NCBI GenBank assembly: GCA_002633005.1
Contig: NMRA01000294.1
Coordinates: 178,948 to 242,947, forward strand
Reading direction: 5' to 3'
Origin: Phoronis australis
Taxonomy: Eukaryota > Animalia > Phoronida
Length of the DNA: 64,000 bases
The notes under the pieces were generated by a model, which had not been told where the DNA came from, made no database searches, and saw only the letters and a list, made by a program, of their open reading frames with translations. This document shows, piece after piece, positions 24,555-37,727 of this stretch. A program made the translations under genes and the position numbers. The stretch's first letter is position 1; the number at the start of each line of letters is the position of its first letter.

Positions 24555-24776
24555 GGGTTCCCATATGGAGTGAAGCCTGGCGAGCAGGAAAGAGTGTCCG
24601 TCCCAAACGCAGCGTTTACTAAAGGCGACTTTGCTGTGGTCAAACAACTTGTCAGTATACTGCCGGAAGGTCATCAAATCAAGCGAGAAGTGGACTTCAT
24701 TCTGGACATGTGCTCAGAGACTATGACCCCCATGCACTACCACGTACGGGAGATCATCTTCGTCACATACAATCGT
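24555..24776 (+). CDS. PALD1: Paladin exon (GFPYGVKPGEQERVSVPNAAFTKGDF...SETMTPMHYHVREIIFVTYNR)
   Basis: ttacag acceptor, gtaagc donor, 222 nt. VSVP.A.FTKG.F and SETMTPMHYH.REII are diagnostic of PALD1. Confidence 0.97.
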
Positions 24777-25325
24777 GTAAGCCCTCGAGCAAAATTGAAC
24801 AATGGTAAAACGCATAGCATAGTTAATCGGTGACAACACTTGTACATGAAAATGGAGATGAACCATTGGGTGCTCTGTACTTAAGGCATTCATGACCACA
24901 ACACGTGTCGGGCATGTTTGGCTGTTACCATTTATCCAAACCTTGTTTTAGACTAGTTAAACTGAAACGTTTATATACAACATTAAACTTTGATTTTCCG
25001 TTTTTCGTTGCGACTCAGTTCAAATACGTACAAAATGCCGACAGTGTTATCTAGTAATAACGATTGCTTACTAGTAAACAAACAAAGACATTGACAGCAG
25101 AGCTGCGGTGACGCAAATGACAAGGGAAAGCAGACTTTTAATGACGTCTTTTTCTGAGGTTGGATGGCAGCAAGAATCTCAAGTCTTCACTAGGATTGCT
25201 GTTTGACTTTTCGGGGACGGCTGTACTTTCTATTTCATTTTAGCAGCGTGTAGTTTTTAGCGTTACACATTTTGAAGTAAATCGTTTCTGATGCAGGCGA
25301 GATTACTTGTCTAGTGAAATTTCAG

Positions 25326-25481
25326 ATGAGGAATAGCAAGAACGAGAAGCAACGGTTGAATTTATTGGACAGAAGCATCGCATACCTGGAACGATACATA
25401 TACCTAATACTCTTTAACGCTTACCTGCATGTTGAAAAACAAATGAACTGGGAGAAACCATTCAGCCTCTGGTTGAGAGAG
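25326..25481 (+). CDS. PALD1: Paladin exon (MRNSKNEKQRLNLLDRSIAYLERYIYLILFNAYLHVEKQMNWEKPFSLWLRE)
   Basis: tttcag acceptor, gtaaga donor, 156 nt. YLERY..LILFNAYLH.EK...W..PFS.W motif. Confidence 0.95.
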
Positions 25482-27043
25482 GTAAGAAATGTTGGCAACA
25501 TATTTTCACGCCTCACTGAAAAAGGTATATTCATACACAAAATAAAGTAGTTGAGTGATTCGTTTCGCCAGCTTGTTACTCCTGATTAAGTGAATTAGCG
25601 AATAGCCAGCTATTGAAACTGGTAGGTTTGACTTTTAAAGTTGATGGACTTCAGTTCCAGCATCACCTAGGGCTCCAATTTTCCAGCCACTATTAGTAAG
25701 TGTAGCTACTGATTTCTCCGGTCAACACTCATGACTGAATACATGGATGTTCAAATGTCCTATTTGCCTAAACCTATTGAACACAAACCACTAATGCCGA
25801 ATAAAATTCATCCCGTTATCCACCGGATCAGCGTTTCTCTTGGTTTTAAAGGTATAACAAGTCTGAGGGTCCTTGTGCTGTGAGCTGCCCTCGCAGTCGT
25901 CAAAATGTCTTCACTCCTGTCGTCTGAAATTTTTCCCCCGATAACCACGGCATTCTAGCTTCTCTCCCCGTGGCTACCATAATCCGTTACCCCCCTATCG
26001 CTACGACGTAAGCCCTGTTCTATGATGTAGCCAGTTCATGTGGGACACGTGTTAATTACCAAATTTGGCCGACTTCAGGACATCATAGCTCAGTGTCCGA
26101 CAGGTGTCAAATATAATTTTTTGGTGTACTTTATGCATTGTTCTAACAAACATTATTATGAATTATTTTTGAATTGTTCTAATTTTTACATAAGGGACTG
26201 TCGGAGGTTGTGATTGATGGTTTTTTGTCTCTTAAAAACTCAAATTTGTGTTAAGCGAAAAGGGAACGATCATTTACACAACTGTAACATTGTTTTACAT
26301 CTTGAACATATGGTATAGTACCAAAGTAGTGCCATTTAATCAGCATGGCGACAAGAATATACCTACAACTGGTTGTAACAAATTATCAGTATGTACCAAG
26401 CCCCAATTGAGATTGTTTGTAAGTTGAAAATGGAAAACAATATCAATTAACGAATTAATTCTACATCTGTCCTGTATACTGACTTGTCAGTGCTAGCACG
26501 TTATCAAGAAAAATGCTGAAATAATGATGTCAGTGCTTCTGCACTTTTATGGTACTAACAAGTTATGCACTTGGGAGATATGTTATTTTGTTCTACATGT
26601 ATGTGAATCATGCAATGAACAATCAATAACATGAAATATAGCTCCTCTTCGTCTGAGCTCGAGTTAACTTTCCATCTGCCTGCAAGAGTGTGTACACACG
26701 TTGTGACCAGTTTAGGGCGAGACTCAGTCACGAGCTGGGCCAATAGGAGTCGCTCGGAACGCGACGGATCAATGTTTACAAAAATATCCCTTAGGCATTG
26801 CTCACTTGGCGATCAGAATGCAAAACAGGGATGGACCACTTGAGGCGAATCGCACCAGCTAAGCTTAAACTTTGCAAATCAAAATTCTTCAAAATGACCG
26901 ATTCGCCACGATGCAGAATTTAATTGAAGTCGACCCAGATAACTCGTAAACTCGTACAGTATGTGCACATAGTATGTAAAACTCGTGTTCGCAAATGTAC
27001 GAATACGAGTAACCAACGGTCACGGTTGCGCTCTGTTTTTCAG

Positions 27044-27157
27044 GTAGGACCACGAACGGGCATCTATGAAATCCTTAACGACATCAGCTTCACTGGTGAC
27101 TTCGGTTCAGAGGCGGACGCCAATAAACGTCGCGCTCGTTTCCGGTGGTTGCCTTGA
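27044..27157 (+). CDS. PALD1: Paladin terminal coding exon (VGPRTGIYEILNDISFTGDFGSEADANKRRARFRWLP*)
   Basis: tttttcag acceptor. GIYEILN...R.RW matches the PALD1 C-terminus. TGA stop at 27155-27157. Confidence 0.92.
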   Translation, partial: VGPRTGIYEILNDISFTGDFGSEADANKRRARFRWLP

Positions 27158-27286
27158 AAACTCCGTGCACTTTGTGACTGCCCAGAATTTGGGTCATCGA
27201 GTACCAGCAATTGTCGATAGACTCCTCTAAGTTCAATCTTCGCCACCGAAGTCCTGGTGCTACTTCCTTTCATGGTACTGGTGAAA

Positions 27287-27430
27287 TGCTATTGAGAAGT
27301 ACATGTATAGGCCTACAGCACAGTGTGCATGTACTTGTGAACTGCTATTGAGAAGTATACAGTGCAGTGTTCATGTACTTGTGAACTGCTATTGAGAAGT
27401 ATACAGTACAGTGTACATGTACTTGAACGT
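27287..27430. repeat. ~44-bp tandem repeat, 3 copies, in the putative PALD1 3' UTR
   Basis: Unit tgctattgagaagtatacagtRcagtgtNcatgtacttgtgaac. Confidence 0.85.
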
Positions 27431-27638
27431 GGGCTCAAATGCTGGCTTGTACCAGGAACAAATTTGAACAATTTTGAATGGTTTGTCTTGAATTCTATAG
27501 ATGTCACTCTATTTAAGATTCTAGATTGCTATTAAGATTGGTTATTCTGTTAAGTTACGGTGTCCTACTGCAGTTGTGAGTATCCTCATAGCGATTAGTT
27601 AACTTTATGGAGAATGTGAACGTTTAAAGGGTTTCAGT

Positions 27639-27644
27639 AATAAA
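27639..27644 (+). promoter_or_regulatory. Candidate polyadenylation signal of PALD1
   Basis: First AATAAA seen downstream of the stop codon (~480 nt). Confidence 0.5.
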
Positions 27645-29490
27645 ATTTCATGATTAATCCATCAGCAGAAAATAAGGTGTTTCAGTCTATTTCAGACCTA
27701 TTGCACAGACCCACGTCTACACAGTCATGCAATCTCGATAAAGGTAGACTTGTTAGCGGGTAACAATTAATGTGACTTTTTGTCATCAATGCAACAGCTC
27801 TACACACATTGTCGCCCTCTGCTAGCCTACCGTATGTGCCGGTGCGACAACTTATGTCGCAACACACGCCTGTGGAGTAATTACCACTGCCAGTGCTAAG
27901 GTATGTGTGCGCGCATACCACACCAGAGTGCACTACATGTAGGGCGTGGGGCGTTGGGCGTGTGGCGTTGGGAGTGGGGCACCAGAGTGGCTAAGGAGTT
28001 GTTGTCAGCGTTGACCGGAGATTTGAAATAAATCCCACATTTGCAACTTCCACGGCTGGTCTTGTTTAGCAACATGTTTGCTAATTAAATACATTCACGG
28101 TAGCCCATATGTATTTAAAAGGACATTGTTGGTTGTATGGGCGAGAAACGCATTTTGAGATTTTTGTTATATTTATTAGCTTTGCACATAGATATAACGA
28201 GACACGATGCATTATGTTGTGCTTTTGTTGCAAAATCTTCAATGTTCGTCAAAATCTGCCAGATATTCGCTGAAACCAAGGCCGGTGACTGTACTATTTA
28301 AATCTATTTTTGGATTCATTTACAAAGACATCTTCATCAGCTACTCCTTGGTTAGTGCATATAATTCCCAAAGCCAGCCGAGCACAACAAGTTATTTTCC
28401 TTAAACCCCAGCTATCTCTGCAATTCTCAACGAATTCATGCATGCTTTGGCATATCTGTTTTGCGTTAGTTTTACATTTCATAACCAGAAAATAAATTAC
28501 TCTAATTATTTTCCCCAAGAGCGGACACATATTACATTCTGCGTCTGTAGACCTAACGATAATTTGCAGAATTTGTTATGCACCAAATCGATATGATCCT
28601 TGCCTACACTGAGTACATGAAGACCGCATAACTCTCGGCCCTTCATAATATTTTTAAGATAACAATTTCAAACAAAATCTATCAGTCTTAGAGGAAAACT
28701 GTTCACAGGTTTCTACATGTGTGTGTTTTTCTGAAACCACACGCTTTACACGCTTTTTCTGCCAGATATAAAATGTTTATCGAATTATAATTGTATTTTG
28801 GTGTTGCCTCAACTTTGTTACCATTTGGAAATCATTAGTGACAAGTAAAAAAAATTCTAAATAATGTCGTTTTAGTCATGTGTACTCACAATTTCCACTT
28901 TTGGCATGAAGTAACTCTCAAACACAATTGGCCAATTAGTCTCTGTATTGAGACTGCATGTTTATTGAACATCTCCAGATCGACAGTCAACAACAACATT
29001 AAAGGAGAATGCCACCCGATTTAGTTAGTTTTTGTTACTGTCTCATGCGCGCACCCAGCCTAAAATATATAGGGGTTGGAATTTTTTAGAATGTGGACAT
29101 ATTACTAAGAAAAAAACGGGGTACGCCGAATTCCTGCCTTTTTAGTGGACTTTTGTCTCGCTTTCATGGACTTTGTTTCTCTGGGGCGGATCTTTTTGCC
29201 CACTTAGCCAAGTGGTGCGGCATACTGTTCCCGTTTGTGTGAAACATGGAGCTGCGACGAAACCGGGTATATCTTTTTTTCGATCTCCTCGAGAACCCGA
29301 AATGCTTCAGAAGTGCTTTTGAGAGTAAACAACGAAAAGTGCGCCGTTAATACGGACTATGAGGTCGTGAAATATCTCCATGTCCGCTGTGGCTGGAATT
29401 GTTTTGTTTCAAATTGAATTATTCTCACCCTAACCAACATTTATATAAAAATGAAAAGTTTTTCAGTCTGTCTCACTAATGCCTTATGAA

Positions 29491-29646
29491 CACTGCTGTA
29501 GTGGTAAAATAAGAGGTAAGTACGCGTCCAAACCCCACCGTACCACCTTGAGCACTGAACGTAACTTACGGTAGGTAGGCGCTACGTTCAAATGCCAAAA
29601 GGTGGTTGGCTGCGCCTACGAGCGCCTACGCCCCACTGTAGCGCTG
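29491..29646. mobile_element. hAT-like MITE
   Basis: TIR cactgctgtagtgg / ccactgtagcgctg and 8-bp TSD cttatgaa / cttatgag. Absent from the sibling Kolobok copies. Related inverted copy at 37554-37727. Confidence 0.75.
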
Positions 29647-29838
29647 CTTATGAGTGTTCGTGAATGCAAATGTTTTGAGAAATCACCAATGAATAAATCA
29701 TTCATGTACTGCGTTATCGGAATCATCAAATTGTTGGCGCATGCTAATCCAGTGTATGCTGACAGAAAGCTGTTCTGAAATTATAATTTTATATGCTTTG
29801 GTCAGATGTTAGGAGAATCTTTATTTAGATATATTTAT

Positions 29839-29913
29839 ATACATACATACATACATACACACATACATACATACATACATACATACATACATACATACAT
29901 ACATACATACATA
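29839..29913. repeat. (TACA)n microsatellite
   Basis: Direct reading of the sequence. Confidence 0.95.
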
Positions 29914-31182
29914 ATTACGTTATTCAAATCATTGTTACTGTACACCCGGTTTTCCTTGATCTGTTTCTGTGGAAGGGGGAAACTGGCTTCATGCTGGCGG
30001 GGCCCCCGACCGAGTGCGTAGATTTGCAATTTCGAGGCGAATTCACCTTTTGACGTGCACATTAATTTTTCGGTTTAGTAGTCTATTCTTTTTGTGACTG
30101 CAAGTTAAGTTTTCAACTTTCGCAGCCAACTAACCCGGCTGGTTTGTGTTCGTAACGTCTCCAGTCCGGCAGTGACGAGCCTGATCGGGTTCCAGCGCGC
30201 CACTGTGTTATAACGAGCGTTTTGGGTTTAGAACTGAAAAAATCTCAACTAAAAATTACGACATACAGTTATGCTCTCCTGTCTGTCGGTCTGTATTTCA
30301 CGGAATAACAGTTCTAATTTATCAACGAGCCGACTCCAAATTTCCCACGACCCACCTCAGTAAGTGAACCTACTGAACTTTATAGCCTACGCTACAAAGA
30401 AATTTTCTGTCAATCCGTAACAGCGAAATAAAACAACTCAATCGTTTAACAACTCAATGCATCTGTAAGGGTTTTACATTGAACTTTTTATGTCTTGTTA
30501 CTCTAAAACCATGAATTCAAGCGATAAAGTGACAAAAGTAAGCGCCTTTTGAACTGCTGAGCATACTGTTAGAATCTGTGACGTCATTGGTTAAATTCAG
30601 CACCTCCGTCTGGTGTCTGGTAAAAGAACTGAACTTGTTGTTATCGAGTGGAACCTCTCAATCTAAATAGGTACAAAACAGGTTTTTTTCGATGGCATTC
30701 TCTTTTAATAAATTAACGAATTAGAAAATCAATCTGTTCAAGTGGACTATGCTACTTATAAAAATCCTTAAAGGCCCTTGGAGCTCCGTGCTTGAGGAAT
30801 GATTAATGTTTAAAATTGTGGGACATATAGAGCTTCCTGCCGTCGACTCCCATATGGAGCTTACCGTTGTGGCCATCTATGATATAGGGAACAGTGTGAT
30901 CTAGCTTCGATCTGTCGCCCGGCAGTAATCAGTACAACATTGCTCAACAAAGATTGAGCGAGACGCTCACGAGAGTTTTTAAAGAGTTTTCAGTTAGTAG
31001 CTTAGTCCCGAGTCTGCGTGAGCAGATTTAACTTCTTTGACAATTAACTTTCCAGGATGGATACAGATTCCCATTTCAAAACAAAAAATAAGTTAATAAT
31101 TGTAGCCGTCTGGTAGACACACTGATTGCGTAAATTTCTCACGGACGAGAATGGACGTACGCACGAACGTTTTCGGATCCAC

Positions 31183-31642
31183 GTGTACTCTCAAATTGGT
31201 GTTGTGTTGGAGCGTGTTATGTCACGAGGAGGGTCGGTGCATCTGATTGATTGATTATTTCTATATATAAAATGGTAAGAACTGCCCAGGTGAAATGGTA
31301 CAGAGCCCCTATTCATGCATCGATTACCAGATTTTTGACATCATGCAAATTCTATGATCCATCTGCTGAATTCATATTCACTGCGAATCTGAAGTTACTG
31401 ATTGTGCCATGCAAAATAATGTTATTGACTGGGGAAACGTCTGTGAACAGAAATTCTAATAGATTCATTCACCACACAGATCAGATAGGCTGTTTATTTG
31501 GTAATCGTTGTACGAAGAAGGACTATGGACAATTCCACCTGGACACACCTTGCAGCTGCACCTTTAGGCTTATTCAGCGGCTGAATCAATAGCAGTGCCG
31601 CCACGCGTCCCAACCGAACACAACACTAGTTTGAGAATGCAC
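31183..31642. mobile_element. MITE with ~26-bp TIR
   Basis: gtgtactctcaaattggtgttgtgtt versus aacacaacactagtttgagaatgcac. Confidence 0.6.
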
Positions 31643-33954
31643 TTTCATACCTATACTTCTGGAATTCTGCTTCAATTTATTACCTGGCAATTTATGTCTA
31701 CATAGATTAATCACGTTTAAATAATGGCAATAAGGGTTCACGGTGCAATCACGTAATTCGTTCTTACCATATCGTTAGCTCGACCATAGATTATAGATAA
31801 CAGATTCGCAACTCCGACATTTTCTTGTGTACTACCCTAGAGGAGGCGCCTCTCTAAATTATCTGTTTCAGTTTCCGGTTACTGTGTTGTGACGGGAAAT
31901 TCTCGCATCTATTTTACTGTGCAGCACAACGAAAAAATAATTTCAGCTTTGAAACGCTGGTCAAAGTCTTCCAAAAGTAGAATTGTTGGTATCGTGAGCA
32001 CTTTTATCAATGCTACTACCACCCGACTACCCAATATCCGATGGTGAATTTACACGTAGATGTGCGATATATACCCTCATTGTTATCACTCCGTTTACAA
32101 AGCGTACCTTTGCTGATTAGCATAATAATAACGATTTTGGCATATTGGTTGCAACCGTAGTTTTCCTACAACATCCATATCGGATGAGTTCCAACCCATT
32201 GCCAATGGAATGGACATCGTCGTCGGAACTAATAGAGTTATCCAGTTGTGCATTAAAATGGCCGCAAATTACAACGGTGAATTCAGCGGGAATAACTGCT
32301 TTAAAGGCTAGTTCACAGTTTACCAATCTTCAAATATACATTGAATTCATCGGCATTCCTTGAGTGTAGTCACAGATAAAACATGTACACAATCTACGAT
32401 TCCGGAATTTTCTGTAAACTAGCCCCGGGCGTGCAATCGGAAATTATCAATTCACTAGGTACCGAAACTCAAACCGAAATTTATACCCAGGCGTACATTT
32501 GGAGGCCACAAATAGTAGGCTCGAGTGTATCAATACTGCAGCCGGACTGCAAACTGAAACCTAGAGAAACAATCACACAACATCCGCTAAGTGTGATTGT
32601 CGCCACGTCACATCCAATTGCTTATTGTCGAGATTTTATTTTGACAGGGATGCTTTGTCCGTTTTTTATGAAGAAAGCTTTGAGATTCAGCCATGCATTT
32701 TCCTAAATGTGCGCCCTGTGCCTATCTACGGAAAGTCTTCCTTATATAAGGCCATTTAACGTGTTTAAAGATGGGATTGTCTATGCATTTAGATAACTTC
32801 AGTGTTTAGCTAACCAGACCCCAATCCCAAACCAAAAGTTGTGTTGACTATAGCCTTATATAAAAGTAGACCACAAAACCCCCAAGTTAGAGACTGCAGC
32901 TTGCTTTTACAATTACTTATTTATTGGTAGACGAACGACACCAAAAACTGTACTAAAGGAAGACACTGAGTTCAAGTTTTCGGTGCCGAAATGCTTAAGC
33001 AATACAAAATTACCAGAATTTCTCGCCCAACCACATAAACTGGAAGTTAAATATTAGCCCCCACGATGGTGCAATTGGCGGCTGCGCCAGGAATTTATAT
33101 GAAGATATGAGAGATGCGATTCTGTGATCTATGGTAAACTCCCAGATACTCTTTCTGACAGTCGCATAAGCTTGATGTCGGATTTCTTGTTGTTCAAAAT
33201 TCGAGACGACATAAAATACATGCTGCTAGTTAACTTCAAGACTTGCATTGCTGGGAACTTAAAATTTGTCATTTGAATATTTAAATTCGGCATATAGGGC
33301 CGACCTGTGTGGTGATTAGTCACTTTCTTTCCCAAGGAGTGAGCTCCGTGTGCAGTAGGTAAATAGGCTGGCACAAATTAACACGCGCCACTTCAGCTTC
33401 AACCAAAATAAAACATGAACCGAATACGATATTCGTTGAAGGGCTGTGACAATTGTTGTAGTCTAGACATTTTGCTCTTCAAGTCCTTTGTACTGCACAT
33501 ACTACGTTAGCATGAACGTCCAAGATTCGAAAATTCGTGCAACTCGGGACATTTTTGCCAGATTGAGTGGGACTAAGAGTCTGCGGCGTAATCTGTGTTT
33601 AGGCAGTTGCTACGGGCTGAAATGTCGCTCAGTCATGGGAGTCGCCATTCGAAGTTGCGACAACCATTTTCTCACACGCCGATATCGGCCTTCCTTTTGA
33701 AGTGAATCAAGAATTACGCCACCCCGGTTAACAGTCATGTTGTTTTGTCTAAAATCGAAAATAGAATAAGACCTGTTGGTTTTCATAAAATCAGTCTCAT
33801 GGTATTACTTACCGTTACAGGATTCTAACAAGAACAACAAACCATGAGGACTCAACGCTTTAGAGCCACTGGGGTCGTCCAAACCTAAAATTTCGCATTC
33901 AATAATAATGTAAGTAGCCTACTTGTACGCATTTAATGCCGGACCCATAATGCA

Positions 33955-34024
33955 CATGGGCGGCGCAGCACTGAAAAAACTGGGAGCTATAGCCCCCCGA
34001 CCCCCCTATGGTGCGCCGCCCATG
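33955..34024. mobile_element. 70-bp hAT-like mini-MITE
   Basis: Perfect TIR catgggcggcgca / tgcgccgcccatg. Same family as 50868-51022. No TSD evident here. Confidence 0.7.
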
Positions 34025-37000
34025 CGGAACATTCGATAACAAGAGTGGTTGAACAACGTGGTAATAGTAGACTGAATGTTCCTGTCATTGGCTCCGTTAG
34101 AATATGAAAAATGTACAGTCATACTTTTCGGAGTCAGCGGTAATCGTTTTAAAACCCCAAAGCACGAAATGTCCCTAGTTTAGGCCACCGCAATATAGAG
34201 GCGGGATAATCATGTTCTACTTATTAACTGAAGGTAATTAAATAGCGGACTCTCTCATCTCTGGGTGCTAAACGTTGTACTTGCTGTCATGATGCTTAAT
34301 ACAAGCAATTAAATACATTTATCGTTAACGATGCTGATGATTGAATAAACAGTTGGCAGCTCATAATTCTGTAGGCGAGGGTTGAAACAAAGTACCCGGA
34401 ATGGCATTCCGAGTTCTGAGTGGCAGGAACACGTTAAGTTGGTTGGCGGCACCGAAGCTGTGACCGGAACCCTAAACCCTGGGATGTGCTTCGTTATTTT
34501 GACGGCATACCGGATTGTGCATACGTGAACCTTCAGTCACCTATCTGGATTCGGGCGCTTAAATGCCTACATGTGAGACACGTGAGGAGCAAATTTATAA
34601 GTTATTGCTGAAATGATTTCTTGGAGAATTTTAGATTTTAGCTAGTTGTGAATGTAACGTGAGGTAGGCCCTATATATTAAAGCTAAAGTATAAGATTCA
34701 ATGAGAGCACGATGAACAGCACGCATACACGTATATTGAAGGGCTGGTGGACTGCGGCTATAAGTGAATCTAAAGGACATATTCTTATTTACGAAGCACT
34801 TGTGTAAGAAATGTATTCGTAAGAAACGTAGTTTGAATATAGGCGCATGGAGTTAACTAGATAAATAATGTAAACACGGTATGTGTAGAGCAGGTGGCGA
34901 TCATAAGAAATTAGAGGATTCCACATTGTATGCCGTAGGCGTAATGTACCAAGCAGAACTAGACAGCCTTAAAACCTAACTATAGAGTTTTTATCAAAAC
35001 GAATCATTTTGGCGAACTTTCGTGTATTCCCATATTAAGTGACACATTTCCCAAACTCTTACACTGATCCCTATCCACCATGTCTTATTTTTCCTACAGT
35101 CACAAACCAGAGGACAATTGACTGCAAAAGGTCATATAATTGTGGCCGAGCCAATTTAATGATACTTGGCCACTATCTTACAGACAAGTACATGTTTGAA
35201 AACCGTACACAGCACTTTCGAAATATAATTATGTCTCCAAATGTATGCCCTGAATTGTACTGGACGTCAGTGCCCTAGCTTCAGGGGTATTTTTCAGAAA
35301 TTCCCAGTAACAACACTTACGGTATTTCGCCCTTATGCGTGCACCACAAACTAAAATACATGTAGGCCTACTGTACTATAGACTTAGTTCAAAACGTCCT
35401 GCAGCAGTGTGTCTTTATAAATTGAATTGTATTCGAACTGACATGTTCATTGCCTGTCAATCTCTTTAAATTCTCGTTCACTCGGCCTATGGCACACCGC
35501 AGGTGCATCTGTACCTAACAGCGCTGAGCTGTGCTCCTCTGCAGGCGAAACATCAGTCAAACAGTTCATCAGTCTCAATGCTTAAATTGATTGAGTTCGT
35601 GGTTCCAAACCATTAAGCTCACAAGCTGTTGTCAGTTGTAATCTAGGTAAACTAAGAAGTTTCCGTGAAAGTGTTTCAAACTTTGATTCTGGTGAGTACG
35701 TCTGTTGGTTAATTTGACGTTCATGTATTTGTGCTTGTAACGTTGGCGTCTTTGGTGCAAAATGAAGTTTGCTACTCTTTCGTTTAGACTTTTGCACGCT
35801 AAATCAATCAAACGTCACGTGCAAGTAGACTAGAGGTATGGGTCGTGATCACTAGCGATTGCTACGCCGTCGATCATTTAGCAACCTGTTAACCCCCTGT
35901 AACTTTAAGGGTAAATACTAATTTAATTAAATTGTCTTAATTTGTCTTTTTTCCTTAACACTGTTGACCGCAGCCCTAACTAGTACTGACGTCACAGTGC
36001 CACGTCCTTGACCTTGATTCCACACCGCTTCTTAGACCTTGCAGTAATGTTCATTATGCGAAGTCATCTCTCCATTTATTCCTGGATACATATTGTCAAG
36101 TTCCTACCCATATAAATGATTTAAAAACAATTTTCGTCCTTGGAGTTTGTGATTTACCACGACTGGTGGAACTACTTCTAAGTAACTTAATAAGCAGTTC
36201 TGTAGTTGGGTTCAGAATTCAACTTTATAACAATAATTTTATAACTCACTTCAATTTCTTTTAGTACCTATCTTGATAGATGTTTCATGGTTGTGTCTGT
36301 TATTCAATGCATTCATGTTGTAATATGGTGCTCCTGTCTAGGCCAGTCTATAATGAATAAATAATGATAGAATTCACTGCACAAGAACGCTTTTCATTAC
36401 CTTGTGCCAATGTCCAACGATTTTCCAAATCTCGTAGAAATCCACGAAAAAGGAAATATATGTTATATAACGTACTTGATGACAACTGTGGATTATTTTA
36501 TCGAGATACATGATATGCAAGCCGATTTAAACTAAGGCGGTGCACTATTTTTAAAACGCGCATTTACACGAATCTTGTAACAGCTAAGCGACAGCATCTG
36601 TTTATATGTCGTTACGGAATTGTGAAGAAACTTGAAATCATAAAGTGTGTGTTTGCCCCATGTAAAATAGCAGCAGTTATAAACTAATCAACATACAGAA
36701 CAAATTTGACTGATGAAATAATGAATTAGCAGACAAATAGCCTTCTGCTACTGTATCGGCTTTAGGTTGAGCAGACGATCAGAACAAGGCGTTGCGTTAA
36801 AGAAGATTAGTTCCTTGTTAAAATTCCATTGATAAAAGAAGGTCATGATTACAAAGCTTGCTATGACTATTCCGGAAAGGCTCCAGGATTTTGAGTCGGG
36901 GGGCAGAGCATTAGTCAGGATTTTGCCCGTTAGACATTCGCACCTCTCAACTGTCAAATAAAGTCTGGTAGAATTTTAGGGTAGCATGGCCCCCTTGGTA

Positions 37001-37553
37001 CCCCTCTAAATCTGCCACTGCCTTTAACGACTCATTTGCTTATTATTGACTAAATATAACATGGTTAGGACCCAGCCGGAGATTATGATTTCCGTGTTTG
37101 ACGTAGTAATATATTTACATTGTACAATAGCAACGACTCATTCACGGGTAGTTGGCCGAATGAAGTCGCTGTATCGTTTCATTTGCGTATTTGCGTACTT
37201 AAAAACACTGTTTCACCTTAATTTAAGTTTGTTGAAATTGAAATTTTGATTGGTATTGGATCGATATGTTTATGATTTGTGCTATATATTTGGTTCAGTT
37301 GTCATTTGTAAGGTGTTTTTCAATTATTGGTGACACTAATATCAGTACAGAATTTTGAGCGGCGAGCGGTGCTATACTGTATAAGAAGATGAGCTTGAGC
37401 AAATACCGTAGTCCTTAGGGCATTGCCAGGGTTAATTTCTTTAGACAAAAATATGGAAAAGTAGTTCTTACGTATTCCACGAGGTGATAACATATTTTTT
37501 AACGGCCGTATCGTCACCTATGATAAAACGACATTACAAAACGTTCTCATGTT

Positions 37554-37727
37554 CAGTGCTGTATTCAGACGTAGGCGAAAGTAGGCGCATGTAGGCGCAG
37601 CCAACCTCCTTTTTACTTTTTTTATTTTAACTCAGCGTCTACGCGCCGTAAGTGACGGTATAGTGGGGCGTATGAATCTCGATACGGCAGCTTACAGCAT
37701 CAATGCGCTACGCTGACTACAGCACTG
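37554..37727. mobile_element. hAT-like MITE
   Basis: TIR cagtgctgta / tacagcactg. gtaggcgc repeats shared (inverted) with 29491-29646. Confidence 0.65.

Larger units (their letters stand above)
29003..30704 (+). mobile_element. Non-autonomous Kolobok-type element family A, full copy with nested inserts
   Basis: TTAA at 28999-29002 and 30705-30708. TIR AGGAGAATGCCACC / GATGGCATTCTCTT. Contains MITEs at 29044-29224 and 29491-29646 and a (TACA)n tract. Confidence 0.85.
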
